Positions 1 through 9,200 of a stretch of 64,000 nucleotides of DNA are shown here, in pieces; position 1 is the first letter of the stretch; the number at the start of each line of letters is the position of its first letter. The position numbers were made by a program, and so were the translations under genes. The stretch is from Armatimonadota bacterium (GTDB taxonomy: Bacteria; Armatimonadota; Fimbriimonadia; Fimbriimonadales; GBS-DC). Where the stretch lies: positions 13,488-77,487 of the forward strand of contig JAIMAN010000002.1 in NCBI GenBank assembly GCA_023511915.1, written 5' to 3'. The notes under the pieces were generated by a model, which saw only the letters and a program-made list of their open reading frames with translations, was not told where the DNA came from and ran no database searches.

Positions 1-2
1 GG

Positions 3-1316
3 CAGTACCCTGCAGACGCGCCGCTGAACGCCACGATTCTCGGGCAGCCCGTGGAGGGCGAGGGGCTGGTCTACATCGGCGCGAGCAACGGGAATGTGCT
101 GGCGCTGGACATCAACACGGGCAGTCTGCGCTGGGTGTTCACCGCCGACAGCGCGCCGACCGCCCGACCTGTGCTGGACGAGGGCGTGCTGTATGTCGGC
201 ACGGGGCGCGGCGAGTTGTACGCCCTCAACGCCCGTAGCGGGGAACCCCTCTGGCGCGAGCCGTACCGCGCCGACGACTACATTCCAGGCAGGCTGGTCA
301 AGGACGGCGACACGCTGTTTTTCGGCACGAACGGCGGGTTCGTGCATGCGGTCAGCGCAGCGGGCGGACGCCGACGCTGGCTGTTTCGGCTGCCCGCACC
401 CAACTATGACCCGCAGCCCGTGTTCGCTAACGGCAGCCTGTATGTGACGACCAACGATGTGGTGATTGCGCTGAACCCCAACAGCGGCGCCGTGCGCTGG
501 TCACGACGGTTCAACACCGAGTTCCGCCTCGCGCCCGCCGCCGATGAGAACCATATCGCCGTCATCACGCGCGAGAACCGCCTGTTTGTGTTCGACACTC
601 AGGGCAAAATCGTCGCGGGCGACCGCGAGCCTATCGAACTGCTGTACGAGCCGCTGACCGCGCCCGAAATCCACAACGGCAAGTTGTGGGTGGCGACGCG
701 GCGCGGCACGCTGCTGTGCTACGCGCTGCCCGACGGCAAACTGGAGTGGGTCTACACGCTGCGCCCGCCCGAAGGCACGGTTGACCAGAACAATCGGCGC
801 GTAGCGTACTTTGCGCTGACGGGCAAGCCCGTGTTCACGCCGAGCGGTTTCGTGGTCGCCACTGCGGAGGGCAACCTGACGGCGTTCGGGATGGGCTGGG
901 TAGACCGCACTGCGCCGCAGGTGGTGCGCACCACGCCCGCGATTGGCGAGATGCTGTCGGGGCAACTGCCGCTGGACTTCACGGCGCGCCTGCGCGACGA
1001 GGGGAGCGGAATCAACCCCGCCAGCGTGCAGTGGCTGCTGAACGACGAGCCGCTACCCGCCGAGTACGAGCCGTCGCTGGGCGAGGTAACGGTGCGCCTG
1101 CGCGCGGGAACCGCTGCCAAGCCGCTGCCCGACGGACGCCACACGATGACCCTCGTCGCAACCGACTGGGCGGGCAACACGGTGCGCTACACTTGGGCGA
1201 TTTACATCGACAATAGCCTGCGCCGCGCGCCCGCACGCCCGCAGCAACAGCAACAAGGCGGTCCCAGCGCGCCTGGCGGCGGGCGCGGAGGACGCGGTGG
1301 CGGCGGCGACTTCTAA
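3..1316 (+). CDS. PQQ-like beta-propeller repeat protein, 5'-truncated by the window edge, with Ig-like C-terminal region and a Q5/RGG-rich tail
   Basis: The frame is open from nt 3 with no stop before the GTG at 51. Repeated 'G.LYA.d..tG...W' blades are present (LVYIGASNGNVLALDINTGSLRW, VLYVGTGRGELYALNARSGEPLW, LYVTTNDVVIALNPNSGAVRW). The tail reads PQQQQQGGPSAPGGGRGGRGGGGDF. Confidence 0.6.
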   Translation, partial: QYPADAPLNATILGQPVEGEGLVYIGASNGNVLALDINTGSLRWVFTADSAPTARPVLDEGVLYVGTGRGELYALNARSGEPLWREPYRADDYIPGRLVKDGDTLFFGTNGGFVHAVSAAGGRRRWLFRLPAPNYDPQPVFANGSLYVTTNDVVIALNPNSGAVRWSRRFNTEFRLAPAADENHIAVITRENRLFVFDTQGKIVAGDREPIELLYEPLTAPEIHNGKLWVATRRGTLLCYALPDGKLEWVYTLRPPEGTVDQNNRRVAYFALTGKPVFTPSGFVVATAEGNLTAFGMGWVDRTAPQVVRTTPAIGEMLSGQLPLDFTARLRDEGSGINPASVQWLLNDEPLPAEYEPSLGEVTVRLRAGTAAKPLPDGRHTMTLVATDWAGNTVRYTWAIYIDNSLRRAPARPQQQQQGGPSAPGGGRGGRGGGGDF

Positions 1317-2082
1317 GCAGCTGTTCGAAGCGACGGGGGCAACCGACGCCCCTGTCGCCATTCGCGCCGAGAACCTCACCAAAGAGTTCAAACTCGCCCA
1401 CCACGCCTACGCCTCGCTCAAGGGGCTGCTGCTGTCGTTCCTGCCGCGCCGCATCGAGCGCATGGTCGCCCTGCAGCAGGTCAGTTTCACCATCCGCAGG
1501 GGCGAGACGGTCGGCGTGATTGGGCAGAACGGGTCGGGCAAAAGCACGCTGCTGGGGCTAATCGCCCGCGTCTACCGCCCCACCGCAGGCATGCTGGAAG
1601 TGAACGGGCGCGTCGCCCCACTGCTCGAACTCGGCGCGGGCTTCCACCCCGACCTCACGGGGCTGGAGAACATCTACTTCAACGGCGTGATTTTGGGGCT
1701 GACGCGCAAACAAATCGCCGAACGCCTTGACGCCATCGTGCAGTTTGCCGAACTGGAGGGCTACATCGACGCGCCGATACGCACCTACTCGTCGGGGATG
1801 CTGATGCGGCTGGGCTTCGCTGTCGCCGCGCATGTGGACGCCGACATCCTGCTGGTGGACGAGGTGCTGGCGGTCGGCGACGCGCGATTCCAGCAGAAAT
1901 GCTACGACAAAATCCGCCAGTTCCAGCGCGAGGGGCGCACGATTCTGTTCGTGTCGCACGACATGGAGGCGATTACGCAGGTCGCCGCGCGCGCCTTGTG
2001 GCTGGACAAGGGCGTCCTGCGCGCCGACGGCGACGCGCAGGCGGTAGTGCAGGAGTACCTACATTCCGTGCAGGCAGGGTAG
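1297..2082 (+). CDS. ABC transporter ATP-binding protein, polysaccharide/teichoic-acid exporter type (TagH/Wzt-like)
   Basis: Walker A GQNGSGKSTLL, signature YSSGMLMRLGFA and Walker B ILLVDEVLAVGD are present, followed by a H-loop (FVSHD). GTG start is uncertain and overlaps the upstream gene by 20 nt. No permease partner is adjacent. Confidence 0.85.
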   Translation: MAAATSKQLFEATGATDAPVAIRAENLTKEFKLAHHAYASLKGLLLSFLPRRIERMVALQQVSFTIRRGETVGVIGQNGSGKSTLLGLIARVYRPTAGMLEVNGRVAPLLELGAGFHPDLTGLENIYFNGVILGLTRKQIAERLDAIVQFAELEGYIDAPIRTYSSGMLMRLGFAVAAHVDADILLVDEVLAVGDARFQQKCYDKIRQFQREGRTILFVSHDMEAITQVAARALWLDKGVLRADGDAQAVVQEYLHSVQAG

Positions 2083-2112
2083 GTATACTTTCCCCACCGA
2101 TGGAGGGCTGGT

Positions 2113-4440
2113 ATGGTTAACGGCAACTTGCGCAAAGGACACGCCGTCGTGTTGGGCGCGGGCACGATGGGCGGCGGCATCGCCGCGCTGTTGGCAAGCA
2201 TCGGCTGGCGCGTTCACCTGCTGGATCAAGGCGAGATTGCCTCTCGCGCACTGGAACGCTTGCAGCAATCGGGCGCGTTTTATCAACCCAGCGACGCTGC
2301 GCGAATCACCCCAGGCGATGTGAACGCCGACTTGGACTGCGTGCGCGACGCCGACTGGGTCGTGGAAGCGATTATCGAGCAGATTGAACCCAAGCGTGCG
2401 CTGTGGCGGCAGGTCGCCGAGCGGGTGAACCCCGACGCCGTGCTGAGTTCCAACACTTCGGGACTGGGCATCGCCGAAATCGCGCAGGCGCTGCCCGAAC
2501 CCCTGCGCAAGCGGTTTCTGGGCACGCACTTTTTCAACCCCCCGCGCGTGATGCGCCTGCTGGAACTGATTCCCACCGAAGACACCGACCCTGACCTGAC
2601 GGTGCGCTTCACGACCTTCGCCGAGCGGCTGCTGGGCAAGCGCGTCGTGCTGGCGAAGGATCGCCCTGGGTTTATCACGACACGCATCGGCATCTACGCG
2701 ATGGTGCAGGCGTTGGTGAGCGCGATTCGGTACGGCATCACGCCCGAAGAGGCGGACTTGCTGTTGGGCACACTAATTGGTCGCCCGCGCAGCGGGGTGT
2801 TTCGGCTGACCGACCTTGTGGGGCTCGATGTCGCCAACAACATTATCCGCAACCAGAAAGAGCGTCTGCCCGACGACGCCTACATTCAGTCGCTGGAGCC
2901 GCCCGCCCTCTGGCACGCGCTGATTGCGCAGGGGCGTCTCGGCGAGAAGGCGGGCGCGGGCTTCTATCGGCGCGAGGGCAAGCAAATCCTCACGCTGGAC
3001 TACGCGACGCTGGACTACCGCCCCTACGCCGAGCCGAGCCTGCCCATCGAGCCGAGCCTCAGCCGCGCCCCTTACGAGGAGCGGCTGCCCGCCTTGCTGA
3101 ACCTGCCCGACCCGTATGGCGCGTTTATGCGCGAGGCGTTCCTCAAGCCGTTGGCGTATGGCGCGGCGGTGATGCCCGAAGTCGCCTACGACATCCCGTC
3201 GCTGGACATGGCGATGCGCCTCGGCTACAACTGGGACCTCGGCGTGTTCGAGACTTGGGACGCGCTGGGCGAGGCGGGACGCGACGCGCTAACGCGGCTT
3301 GACCTGCCCGAAGAGCCTGCCCCGCTGCGCGCCCTGCGCAACGCGGGACTGAAGACCTTCTACACGACCAAAGGCGCGAGCCGACTCTACTTCGAGCCGC
3401 GCGACGAGCAGGGCGACTACGCGCCGCTGCTGACCCCGCAGTTTTTCGTGCGCTTGGACGACCTCGCCCGCGCGGGCAGGGTGCTAGACGAGACGCCCGA
3501 ATGCCGCGTGATCGACCTCGGCGACGATGTGGCGTGCATCGAGTTCCGCACCAAAGCGAATGTGCTGACCCCCAGCCTGATGGAGTTCGTGCTGGCGTAC
3601 CTGGAGCGCGCCGAGCGGATGCATGTCGGCGTGGTGATAGGCAATCAGGGGCGGATGTTCTCGGCGGGGTTCAACCTGAACCTGTTTCTGGACTATATCG
3701 CCCGTGAAGACTGGCAGGGGATGGAGCGCGGGCTGACGCTGCTGCAGGAACTCAGCCAACGCATTCGGTACTGTGGCGTGCCTGTGGCGGCGGCGGTGCA
3801 TGGCTACGCGCTGGGCGGCGGGCTGGAGGTCGTGCTGCCCTGCGTGCATGTGCATGCGCATGTGGACACGGGGCTGGGGCTGCCCGAGGCGTCGGTCGGG
3901 CTGATTCCTGCAGGCGGCGGCACGACGCTGATGACCCGCCGCGCCTTGCACAACCTGCCGCCCGAAGCCGACCCGCTGCCGCATCTGCGCGCGCCGTTCC
4001 TCACCCTCGCCTACGGCAAGCGGTCGAGCAACGCTTTTGAGGCGTACACGCTGGGCTTCCTGCGCGAGCGCGACACGGTGTGCTGGAACCTTGACCGCCT
4101 GCTGTACGAAGCCAAGCAGCATGTGCTGGCGCTGTCGCGCGCGGGCTACCGACCCCCAGAGCCGACGCCAATCCTCGCAACAGGCGTCAACGGCTATAGC
4201 CGCCTGATGATGGAAGTCCACTGGATGCACCAAGCGGGGCAAATCAGCGACCACGACCGCCTGATTGCCGAGAAAATCGCCTTCGTGATGACGGGCGGCG
4301 ACCTGCGCGATGCAACGCCCCTGCCCGAAACGCACTTCCACGCCTTAGAGCGGCAGGTGTTTATTGAACTCTGCCAGACCGAGAAGACCGTCGCCCGCAT
4401 CCGCCACATGCTGGAGACGGGCAAACCGCTGCGCAATTAG
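2113..4440 (+). CDS. Bifunctional 3-hydroxyacyl-CoA dehydrogenase / enoyl-CoA hydratase (FadN-type domain order)
   Basis: N-terminal Rossmann motif VVLGAGTMGGGIAALLA with a 3HCDH region. C-terminal crotonase fold (MFSAGFNLNLF, HGYALGGGLEVVLPC). SD GGAGGG at 2102-2107. Confidence 0.85.
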   Translation: MVNGNLRKGHAVVLGAGTMGGGIAALLASIGWRVHLLDQGEIASRALERLQQSGAFYQPSDAARITPGDVNADLDCVRDADWVVEAIIEQIEPKRALWRQVAERVNPDAVLSSNTSGLGIAEIAQALPEPLRKRFLGTHFFNPPRVMRLLELIPTEDTDPDLTVRFTTFAERLLGKRVVLAKDRPGFITTRIGIYAMVQALVSAIRYGITPEEADLLLGTLIGRPRSGVFRLTDLVGLDVANNIIRNQKERLPDDAYIQSLEPPALWHALIAQGRLGEKAGAGFYRREGKQILTLDYATLDYRPYAEPSLPIEPSLSRAPYEERLPALLNLPDPYGAFMREAFLKPLAYGAAVMPEVAYDIPSLDMAMRLGYNWDLGVFETWDALGEAGRDALTRLDLPEEPAPLRALRNAGLKTFYTTKGASRLYFEPRDEQGDYAPLLTPQFFVRLDDLARAGRVLDETPECRVIDLGDDVACIEFRTKANVLTPSLMEFVLAYLERAERMHVGVVIGNQGRMFSAGFNLNLFLDYIAREDWQGMERGLTLLQELSQRIRYCGVPVAAAVHGYALGGGLEVVLPCVHVHAHVDTGLGLPEASVGLIPAGGGTTLMTRRALHNLPPEADPLPHLRAPFLTLAYGKRSSNAFEAYTLGFLRERDTVCWNLDRLLYEAKQHVLALSRAGYRPPEPTPILATGVNGYSRLMMEVHWMHQAGQISDHDRLIAEKIAFVMTGGDLRDATPLPETHFHALERQVFIELCQTEKTVARIRHMLETGKPLRN

Positions 4441-4517
4441 CGGGGCGGCTGGGAACTTTTTCGGGCTGTTGGCAGTATCATGGTGTATCCCATACCAGAA
4501 GGAGGAGGACAACCACT

Positions 4518-4703
4518 ATGACGACTGTCAAGGAAAAGGTGCGCGTTAACGACACGGAGTTCGAGATCGAACTCAAGCCCGTGCTGCCGAACACGGTGAA
4601 CGACCCGATGGTGCTGGATCAGCCGCTGCCGACGCCCGACGAAGTGCTACAGCGCGTGCCTGCAGTTGAGCAGCTGCCGAACTGGCAAGACGGGGGCTAC
4701 TAA
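4518..4703 (+). CDS. Small hypothetical protein (61 aa) ending ...WQDGGY; candidate ubiquitin-like or partner protein of the downstream E2-like gene
   Basis: Strong SD (GAAGGAGGAGG) lies 9 nt before the ATG. The stop overlaps the next start (TAATG at 4701-4705). C-terminus is Gly-Gly plus one residue. I recognise no family. Confidence 0.5.
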   Translation: MTTVKEKVRVNDTEFEIELKPVLPNTVNDPMVLDQPLPTPDEVLQRVPAVEQLPNWQDGGY

Positions 4704-5158
4704 TGGACGCGCGTCTGAAGCGTATCCACTACGAGGTCGCGCTGGCGGCGGTGCGCTACTCGCGCACCCACAGCGCGGACTTCGACGACGAATCGGGCAG
4801 CTGGGTCATCATCAAGGACTTCCCGCTGCCCGCAGGCTACAACTACGAGACGACCGATATTCTGGTGCTGCTGCCGCCGAACTACCCGCAGACGCCGCCC
4901 GACTGGTTCTATGTGGACGACAACCTGCGCCTTGCCGATGGACGCCGACCCAGCCATGTGTTTTACGGGCAGACGACGCACGACCCGAACGCGCGCAGTG
5001 CGAACCGCGCGGTGGACGCGCCGCCGCAGATGAAGGGCTGGACGGGGTGCTGCCTGCATATCCGTTCGTGGCAGCCCGCGCCGAACCCTGTGGAGGGGCA
5101 CTCGCTGCTGAGCGTGTGTGAACTGATTCGAGGCGCGCTGGAACGCTGGCGCAAGTAA
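4703..5158 (+). CDS. E2/UBC-fold (ubiquitin-conjugating enzyme-like) protein
   Basis: Motif-by-motif match to classical UBC E2s. LKRIHYEV matches LKRIHKEL; LLPPNYPQTPPDWFY matches HFPTDYPFKPPKVAF; HDPN matches HPN; GCCLHIRSWQP matches SICLDILRSQWSP (candidate catalytic Cys117); LLSVCELI matches LLSICSLL. Confidence 0.7.
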   Translation: MDARLKRIHYEVALAAVRYSRTHSADFDDESGSWVIIKDFPLPAGYNYETTDILVLLPPNYPQTPPDWFYVDDNLRLADGRRPSHVFYGQTTHDPNARSANRAVDAPPQMKGWTGCCLHIRSWQPAPNPVEGHSLLSVCELIRGALERWRK

Positions 5159-5164
5159 ACGGCG

Positions 5165-6181
5165 CTACCGCCCTGTCGCTGGGGTGTCTGAGTTAGGTGC
5201 GCTGAGCGATTGAGCGATGCGCTCGAGCTCGGCTTTGGGCAGGCTGCCCACGATGCCGAACCAGTAGTCGCCGCTCTGCCAGAAGTGGGCATGGGGTCGC
5301 CCGCGACGGCGCTTGCCCCCGAACTCGGCGGGGCGGCTCTTGTGCGCTTGAAAGATCGAGAATCGCGCACTTGGCGTGCGATAGTGCAGCACGACGACCT
5401 GCCCCGACGCGCGCGGCTGCACCATCACACGCTCCAGCGTCGCGCCTGTCGGCAGATAGCTCGGCGTGCGGATGGGGAATCCCGCGGCGCGCTGCGCCTC
5501 TTCAACGGTCTCGTACACGCCCCCCAACGGGCGCACGACCACATCGGGCGGCAGCGTGAACAGCTCAGGCGACAGGCGGGGGGTCAGCTCCAGGCGCGTG
5601 AGTTCCATGCGCATCACGGGCGCGCCTTCCCGCAGGGCGATTTCGCGTTTGAGCGCGTAGCCCGTCTGCTTGTCGATCCACAGGGTGACGGCGGCGGGGA
5701 ACATCGGGCGCGGCGGCTCGTCGCGTTGCAGGGCAGGGCGCGCCAGCGTCAGGCGCACCACGACGCAGCTGCGCCCCAGCACCGTCGCGTCGGGCAGCGT
5801 CTCCGCCAGCACCACCCCGCGCTGGACGAGTTCGACGGCGGTCTTGAGCAGCAGCGCGCCTTGAATGGGCATGCGGGGCATCTCGAACGCCTCTTTCGTG
5901 TTGGGGCGCATGGCGAGCCAGCGTCCGCCACGGTAGAGCAGCACCTCGCCGCGCCGTTCAGGGGGGGCGAGAACCTCGATGCGCTCGGCGCGTGCGCCCT
6001 GCCGCCAGAACCGCTCCTCGATGCGCTGCACGGTGCGTCCCGCCGTAATCTCCACGACCCGCGCGCCCGCGAGGGCGAGCGTCTCTTCCGCCTGCTGCGC
6101 GCGCTGCAGCCACTGCACAGGGCGCTCCTGCGCCCAGCCCAGCGTCCAGACCAGCGCGGTCAGCAGAAAGGCGGCTCTCAT
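5165..6181 (-). CDS. Exported MucB/RseB-like (LolA-fold) protein with DUF4367-like C-terminal domain
   Basis: Signal peptide MRAAFLLTALVWTLGWAQ. It is the third gene of the sigma/anti-sigma operon, with a 4-nt overlap on the anti-sigma gene. C-terminal YLPTGATLERV...FWQSGDYWFGIVG resembles DUF4367. Confidence 0.55.
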   Translation of the reverse strand: MRAAFLLTALVWTLGWAQERPVQWLQRAQQAEETLALAGARVVEITAGRTVQRIEERFWRQGARAERIEVLAPPERRGEVLLYRGGRWLAMRPNTKEAFEMPRMPIQGALLLKTAVELVQRGVVLAETLPDATVLGRSCVVVRLTLARPALQRDEPPRPMFPAAVTLWIDKQTGYALKREIALREGAPVMRMELTRLELTPRLSPELFTLPPDVVVRPLGGVYETVEEAQRAAGFPIRTPSYLPTGATLERVMVQPRASGQVVVLHYRTPSARFSIFQAHKSRPAEFGGKRRRGRPHAHFWQSGDYWFGIVGSLPKAELERIAQSLSAPNSDTPATGR

Positions 6182-6648
6182 CGGGTGTACCCTGTGCTGA
6201 TGAAGTAGCTCGGCGTCGGCGACGGCGACCAGTCCGCAACCTCCAACTGCTCGTGCAGCTCGACCAGCGACTCGGTCGGGTCTTCGGCGGCGGTGTTGAT
6301 AGGAGCGTTAGGCTGCTGCGCCTGCCAGCCCCACCACACGGCGACGGTCAGTAGCCCCAGCGCGGGTGCGAGCGCAACGCGCCGCCACACGCGCGCCCAA
6401 TCGACGCGCGGGCGGGCGGACGGCTGAGCCATGCGATGGCGTACCTGCACGGCGAGATTCTCAGGCGCACGATGGCGCGGGAGCGCGCGCAGCGCACGAT
6501 AGGTCGCCTGCGCCGCCGCCCACTGACGCTGGCAGCGCGGACACGCCTGCAGGTGCGCCTCGAACGCCTGCGCCTGCGCCGAGGGCAACTGACCCTCAAG
6601 ATACGCCCATATCTGCTGCTCAAAACGCTTGCAATTCATGTCAATCAC
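6178..6648 (-). CDS. Anti-sigma factor, zf-HC2 type, single-pass membrane
   Basis: HLQACPRC (H-x3-C-x2-C) motif near the N-terminus and one TM (VALAPALGLLTVAVWWGW). It lies immediately downstream of the ECF sigma gene. Confidence 0.75.
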   Translation of the reverse strand: MIDMNCKRFEQQIWAYLEGQLPSAQAQAFEAHLQACPRCQRQWAAAQATYRALRALPRHRAPENLAVQVRHRMAQPSARPRVDWARVWRRVALAPALGLLTVAVWWGWQAQQPNAPINTAAEDPTESLVELHEQLEVADWSPSPTPSYFISTGYTR

Positions 6649-6649
6649 C

Positions 6650-7312
6650 TCACTTCGCGGACGGCGCCCGCGTCGGCACGGGCGCGTCGCTCAGGTACGC
6701 CGCGACAGCCTTTTGAATCTGCGTGCGGGCGTGGTTCAGGCGCGACTTCACCGTGCCGATGGGAATGCCCAGCACGCGCGCAATCTCCTCATACGAGAGT
6801 TCCTCGACATCGTACAGCAGCAACACCGTTTTCAACTTCGGCGAGAGTTTGCCAATCGCCTCTTCGACGACCGCTTCCAGCTCGCGGTTCAGCGCAGCGT
6901 CCAGCGGGTTCGGCGTCTGCTGGTCGGGGAAATCCCACTCGGTCGCCTCGCCGTCCTCGTCGTCGTGCGCCGAGTAGGAGACCGTCGGCACGCGCCGCGC
7001 GCGCCTGCGCTGATGGTCAATACACAGGTTCGCCGCAATCCGATACAGCCAAGTGCCCAGACTGGCGCGCCCGTCGAAGTTGGGTAGCCCCTGATAGGCG
7101 CGCAGAAAGGTCTCCTGCACGAGGTCTTCCGCATCGGTCGCGTTGCCTACCATGCGTAGGATGTAGTTGTACAGGCGGTCGGCGTACAGGCTCATAATCT
7201 GCTCGAACGCCGCTTCGTCCTGCGCTTTGGCGCGCTCTACAAGCTGTGCTTCGACCGATAGGGTGTCCACCGCGACGAAACTCCCGCTTAAGGATACCGT
7301 TTCGCGGAACAT
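6650..7312 (-). CDS. ECF-type RNA polymerase sigma-70 family factor
   Basis: Region 2 (LYNYILRMVGNATDAEDLVQETFLRAY) and region 4 HTH (LSYEEIARVLGIPIGTVKSRL). Start moved to the internal ATG (MFRETV...) because the track ORF start at 7384 overlaps the tyrA stop. Confidence 0.85.
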   Translation of the reverse strand: MFRETVSLSGSFVAVDTLSVEAQLVERAKAQDEAAFEQIMSLYADRLYNYILRMVGNATDAEDLVQETFLRAYQGLPNFDGRASLGTWLYRIAANLCIDHQRRRARRVPTVSYSAHDDEDGEATEWDFPDQQTPNPLDAALNRELEAVVEEAIGKLSPKLKTVLLLYDVEELSYEEIARVLGIPIGTVKSRLNHARTQIQKAVAAYLSDAPVPTRAPSAK

Positions 7313-7380
7313 CGCACAGGTATAGACGCTTCGCGGGCGTTCGGGTTCAGTCCATCCCGTTGCCCAAGGAACGCGCGCAC

Positions 7381-8211
7381 TCACGGCTCACGCGGTGAGG
7401 GCGCGCTTGGGGCGCTGAACCATTCCTGAAGCGCGTTGGCGTCGCCCTGCTCAAGCGCGTCCGCAAGCGTCTGTAGCCGCTGGATGAGTTGCTGTAGCCA
7501 CTGGCGCGTCGGCTCGCGGTTCAGCGCCATCAGTTGCGCCCACAGCGCGGGGTCGCTTTGGGCGACGCGCGTCGCCGAACGCCAGCTGCCGCCTGGGGGC
7601 ACGGTCGTCGGGTTCTCGCGGTGCAGTGCAGCAAGGCTGAAGGCGACGGCGTGCGGGAGAAAACTCAGCAGCGCGAACTCGCGGTCGTGTTGCGCGGGGT
7701 CTACTGTCAGCGGCGCGGCGCGCAGGGTGCGTACGAACGCCTCCACGCGCAACAGGGCGTCGGGGTCGGTCTGCGCGGTCGGGGTCAGCACCCACGGCGC
7801 GCCGTGAAACAAATCGGCGCGCGCGGCGCGAACGCCGTGATGCTCCGTGCCCGCAATCGGGTGCCCCCCGACGAAGCGGCTGGGGTAGGGCAAGTGCGCC
7901 TCCGCCCAGCGCAGCACGGGCGACTTGACGCTCGCCACATCGGTCAGCACGGTTTCGGGGCGCAGGCGGGGCACGAGTGCTTGGAACACATCGGGCATCG
8001 CCAGCGGCGGCGTTGCTATCACGATGAGGTCGGCGTCGGCGCATGCAGCGACGCTCTCAGCGAGGTGGTCAATCGCGCCGATTTGCAGCGCGCCCTCCAG
8101 CGCGTCGGGGGCAATATCATAGCCGACCACGCCCCAGCCCAACGCCTCGTGCTGCACCGCCAGCCCGACCGACGCGCCGATCCCGCCCAGCCCGATAATC
8201 GCGATACGCAC
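7381..8211 (-). CDS. tyrA: Prephenate dehydrogenase
   Basis: VRIAIIGLGGIGASVGLA dinucleotide fold directly at the GTG at 8211, and the GGHPIAGTEHHG motif. The 102-aa Arg/Ala-rich N-terminal extension of the track ORF (to 8517) overlaps accA and was rejected. Confidence 0.8.
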   Translation of the reverse strand: MRIAIIGLGGIGASVGLAVQHEALGWGVVGYDIAPDALEGALQIGAIDHLAESVAACADADLIVIATPPLAMPDVFQALVPRLRPETVLTDVASVKSPVLRWAEAHLPYPSRFVGGHPIAGTEHHGVRAARADLFHGAPWVLTPTAQTDPDALLRVEAFVRTLRAAPLTVDPAQHDREFALLSFLPHAVAFSLAALHRENPTTVPPGGSWRSATRVAQSDPALWAQLMALNREPTRQWLQQLIQRLQTLADALEQGDANALQEWFSAPSAPSPREP

Positions 8212-8240
8212 GCCCCAAAGATACCCTACGCGCGTGGCAG

Positions 8241-9200
8241 TTAGCCCACCGTTTCGAACACGCCCATCGCGCGGAACCGCTGGTAGCGTTGCTCGCGCAG
8301 CGCGTCGGGCGACATCGCGCCGAGTTCGTCCAGCTGCTGTAGCACGGCGGTGCGCACGCTCAGCGCGGTGGTTTGCGGGTCGCGATGCGCCGCGCCCAGC
8401 GGCTCTGGGATGATCATATCGATAAGCCCCAGTGCCAGCGCGCTCTCGGCGGTCAGTTTCAGCGCGTCCGCCGCTTGGGGCGCCTTGTTCGGGTCGCGAT
8501 ACAGAATCGCCGCGCACCCTTCAGGCGGGATGACCGAGTAGATGGCATGTTCCAGCATCAGCACGCGGTTGGTCGCCGCCAGTGCAATCGCGCCGCCACT
8601 GCCCCCCTCACCCAGAATCACCGCCACTGTCGGCACGGTCAACTCAAACAGCGTCAGCATCGACTGGGCAATCGCCTCGCTGATGCCGCGCGACTCCGAT
8701 TCGACGCCTGGGTCGGCGGCGGGCGTGTCGACCAGCGTCAGCACAGTCAGGCGGAACTTCTCGGCGAGACGGAACATCCGCATCGCTTTGCGATAGCCTT
8801 CGGGCTTCGCCATCGCGAAGTTGCGCCGTTGTCGCTCCTTGAGGTCGCGCCCCTTCTGCTGCCCAACAATCACGAGGTTGCGCCCGCCCATCTTCGCCAG
8901 CCCCGCGACGACGGCGGGGTCGTCATATCCCAGACGATCGCCGTGCAGCTCCACAAAGCTCTCGCACATTAGGCGGATGTAGTCCAGCGCGTAGGGGCGT
9001 TTCGGGTGGCGCGCCAGCAGCACCTTGTCCCATGGGCGCAGGTGCGCGAAGATTTGCCGCAGCAGGCGTTCGCGCTGCGCCTCCAGCTCGGCAATCTCGC
9101 GCGACCGATCCAGCCCCTTCTCCGCCGCCAGCTGGCGCAGCTCGGCGATGGCGCTCTCCAGCTCGTTGATGGGCTTCTCGAAGTCGAAAATCGTCATCAT
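8241..9200 (-). CDS. accA: Acetyl-CoA carboxylase carboxyltransferase subunit alpha
   Basis: Full-length AccA-like sequence (FDFEKPINELE..., GEGGSGGALA). 4-nt overlap with the accD stop. Confidence 0.9.
   Translation of the reverse strand: MMTIFDFEKPINELESAIAELRQLAAEKGLDRSREIAELEAQRERLLRQIFAHLRPWDKVLLARHPKRPYALDYIRLMCESFVELHGDRLGYDDPAVVAGLAKMGGRNLVIVGQQKGRDLKERQRRNFAMAKPEGYRKAMRMFRLAEKFRLTVLTLVDTPAADPGVESESRGISEAIAQSMLTLFELTVPTVAVILGEGGSGGAIALAATNRVLMLEHAIYSVIPPEGCAAILYRDPNKAPQAADALKLTAESALALGLIDMIIPEPLGAAHRDPQTTALSVRTAVLQQLDELGAMSPDALREQRYQRFRAMGVFETVG

Noticed and set aside
8212-8517. Long N-terminal extensions of tyrA (to 8517), the sigma factor (to 7384), accD (to 10072), the S41 peptidase (from 10097), pilT (from 15379), argS (from 31057), hisB (from 20629), the GT9 gene (from 21779) and pdaD (from 61544)
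   Set aside because: The extensions overlap upstream genes or the tRNA, are Arg/Pro-rich, and precede internal starts that have an SD or -10 context and coincide with the conserved N-termini of the families.
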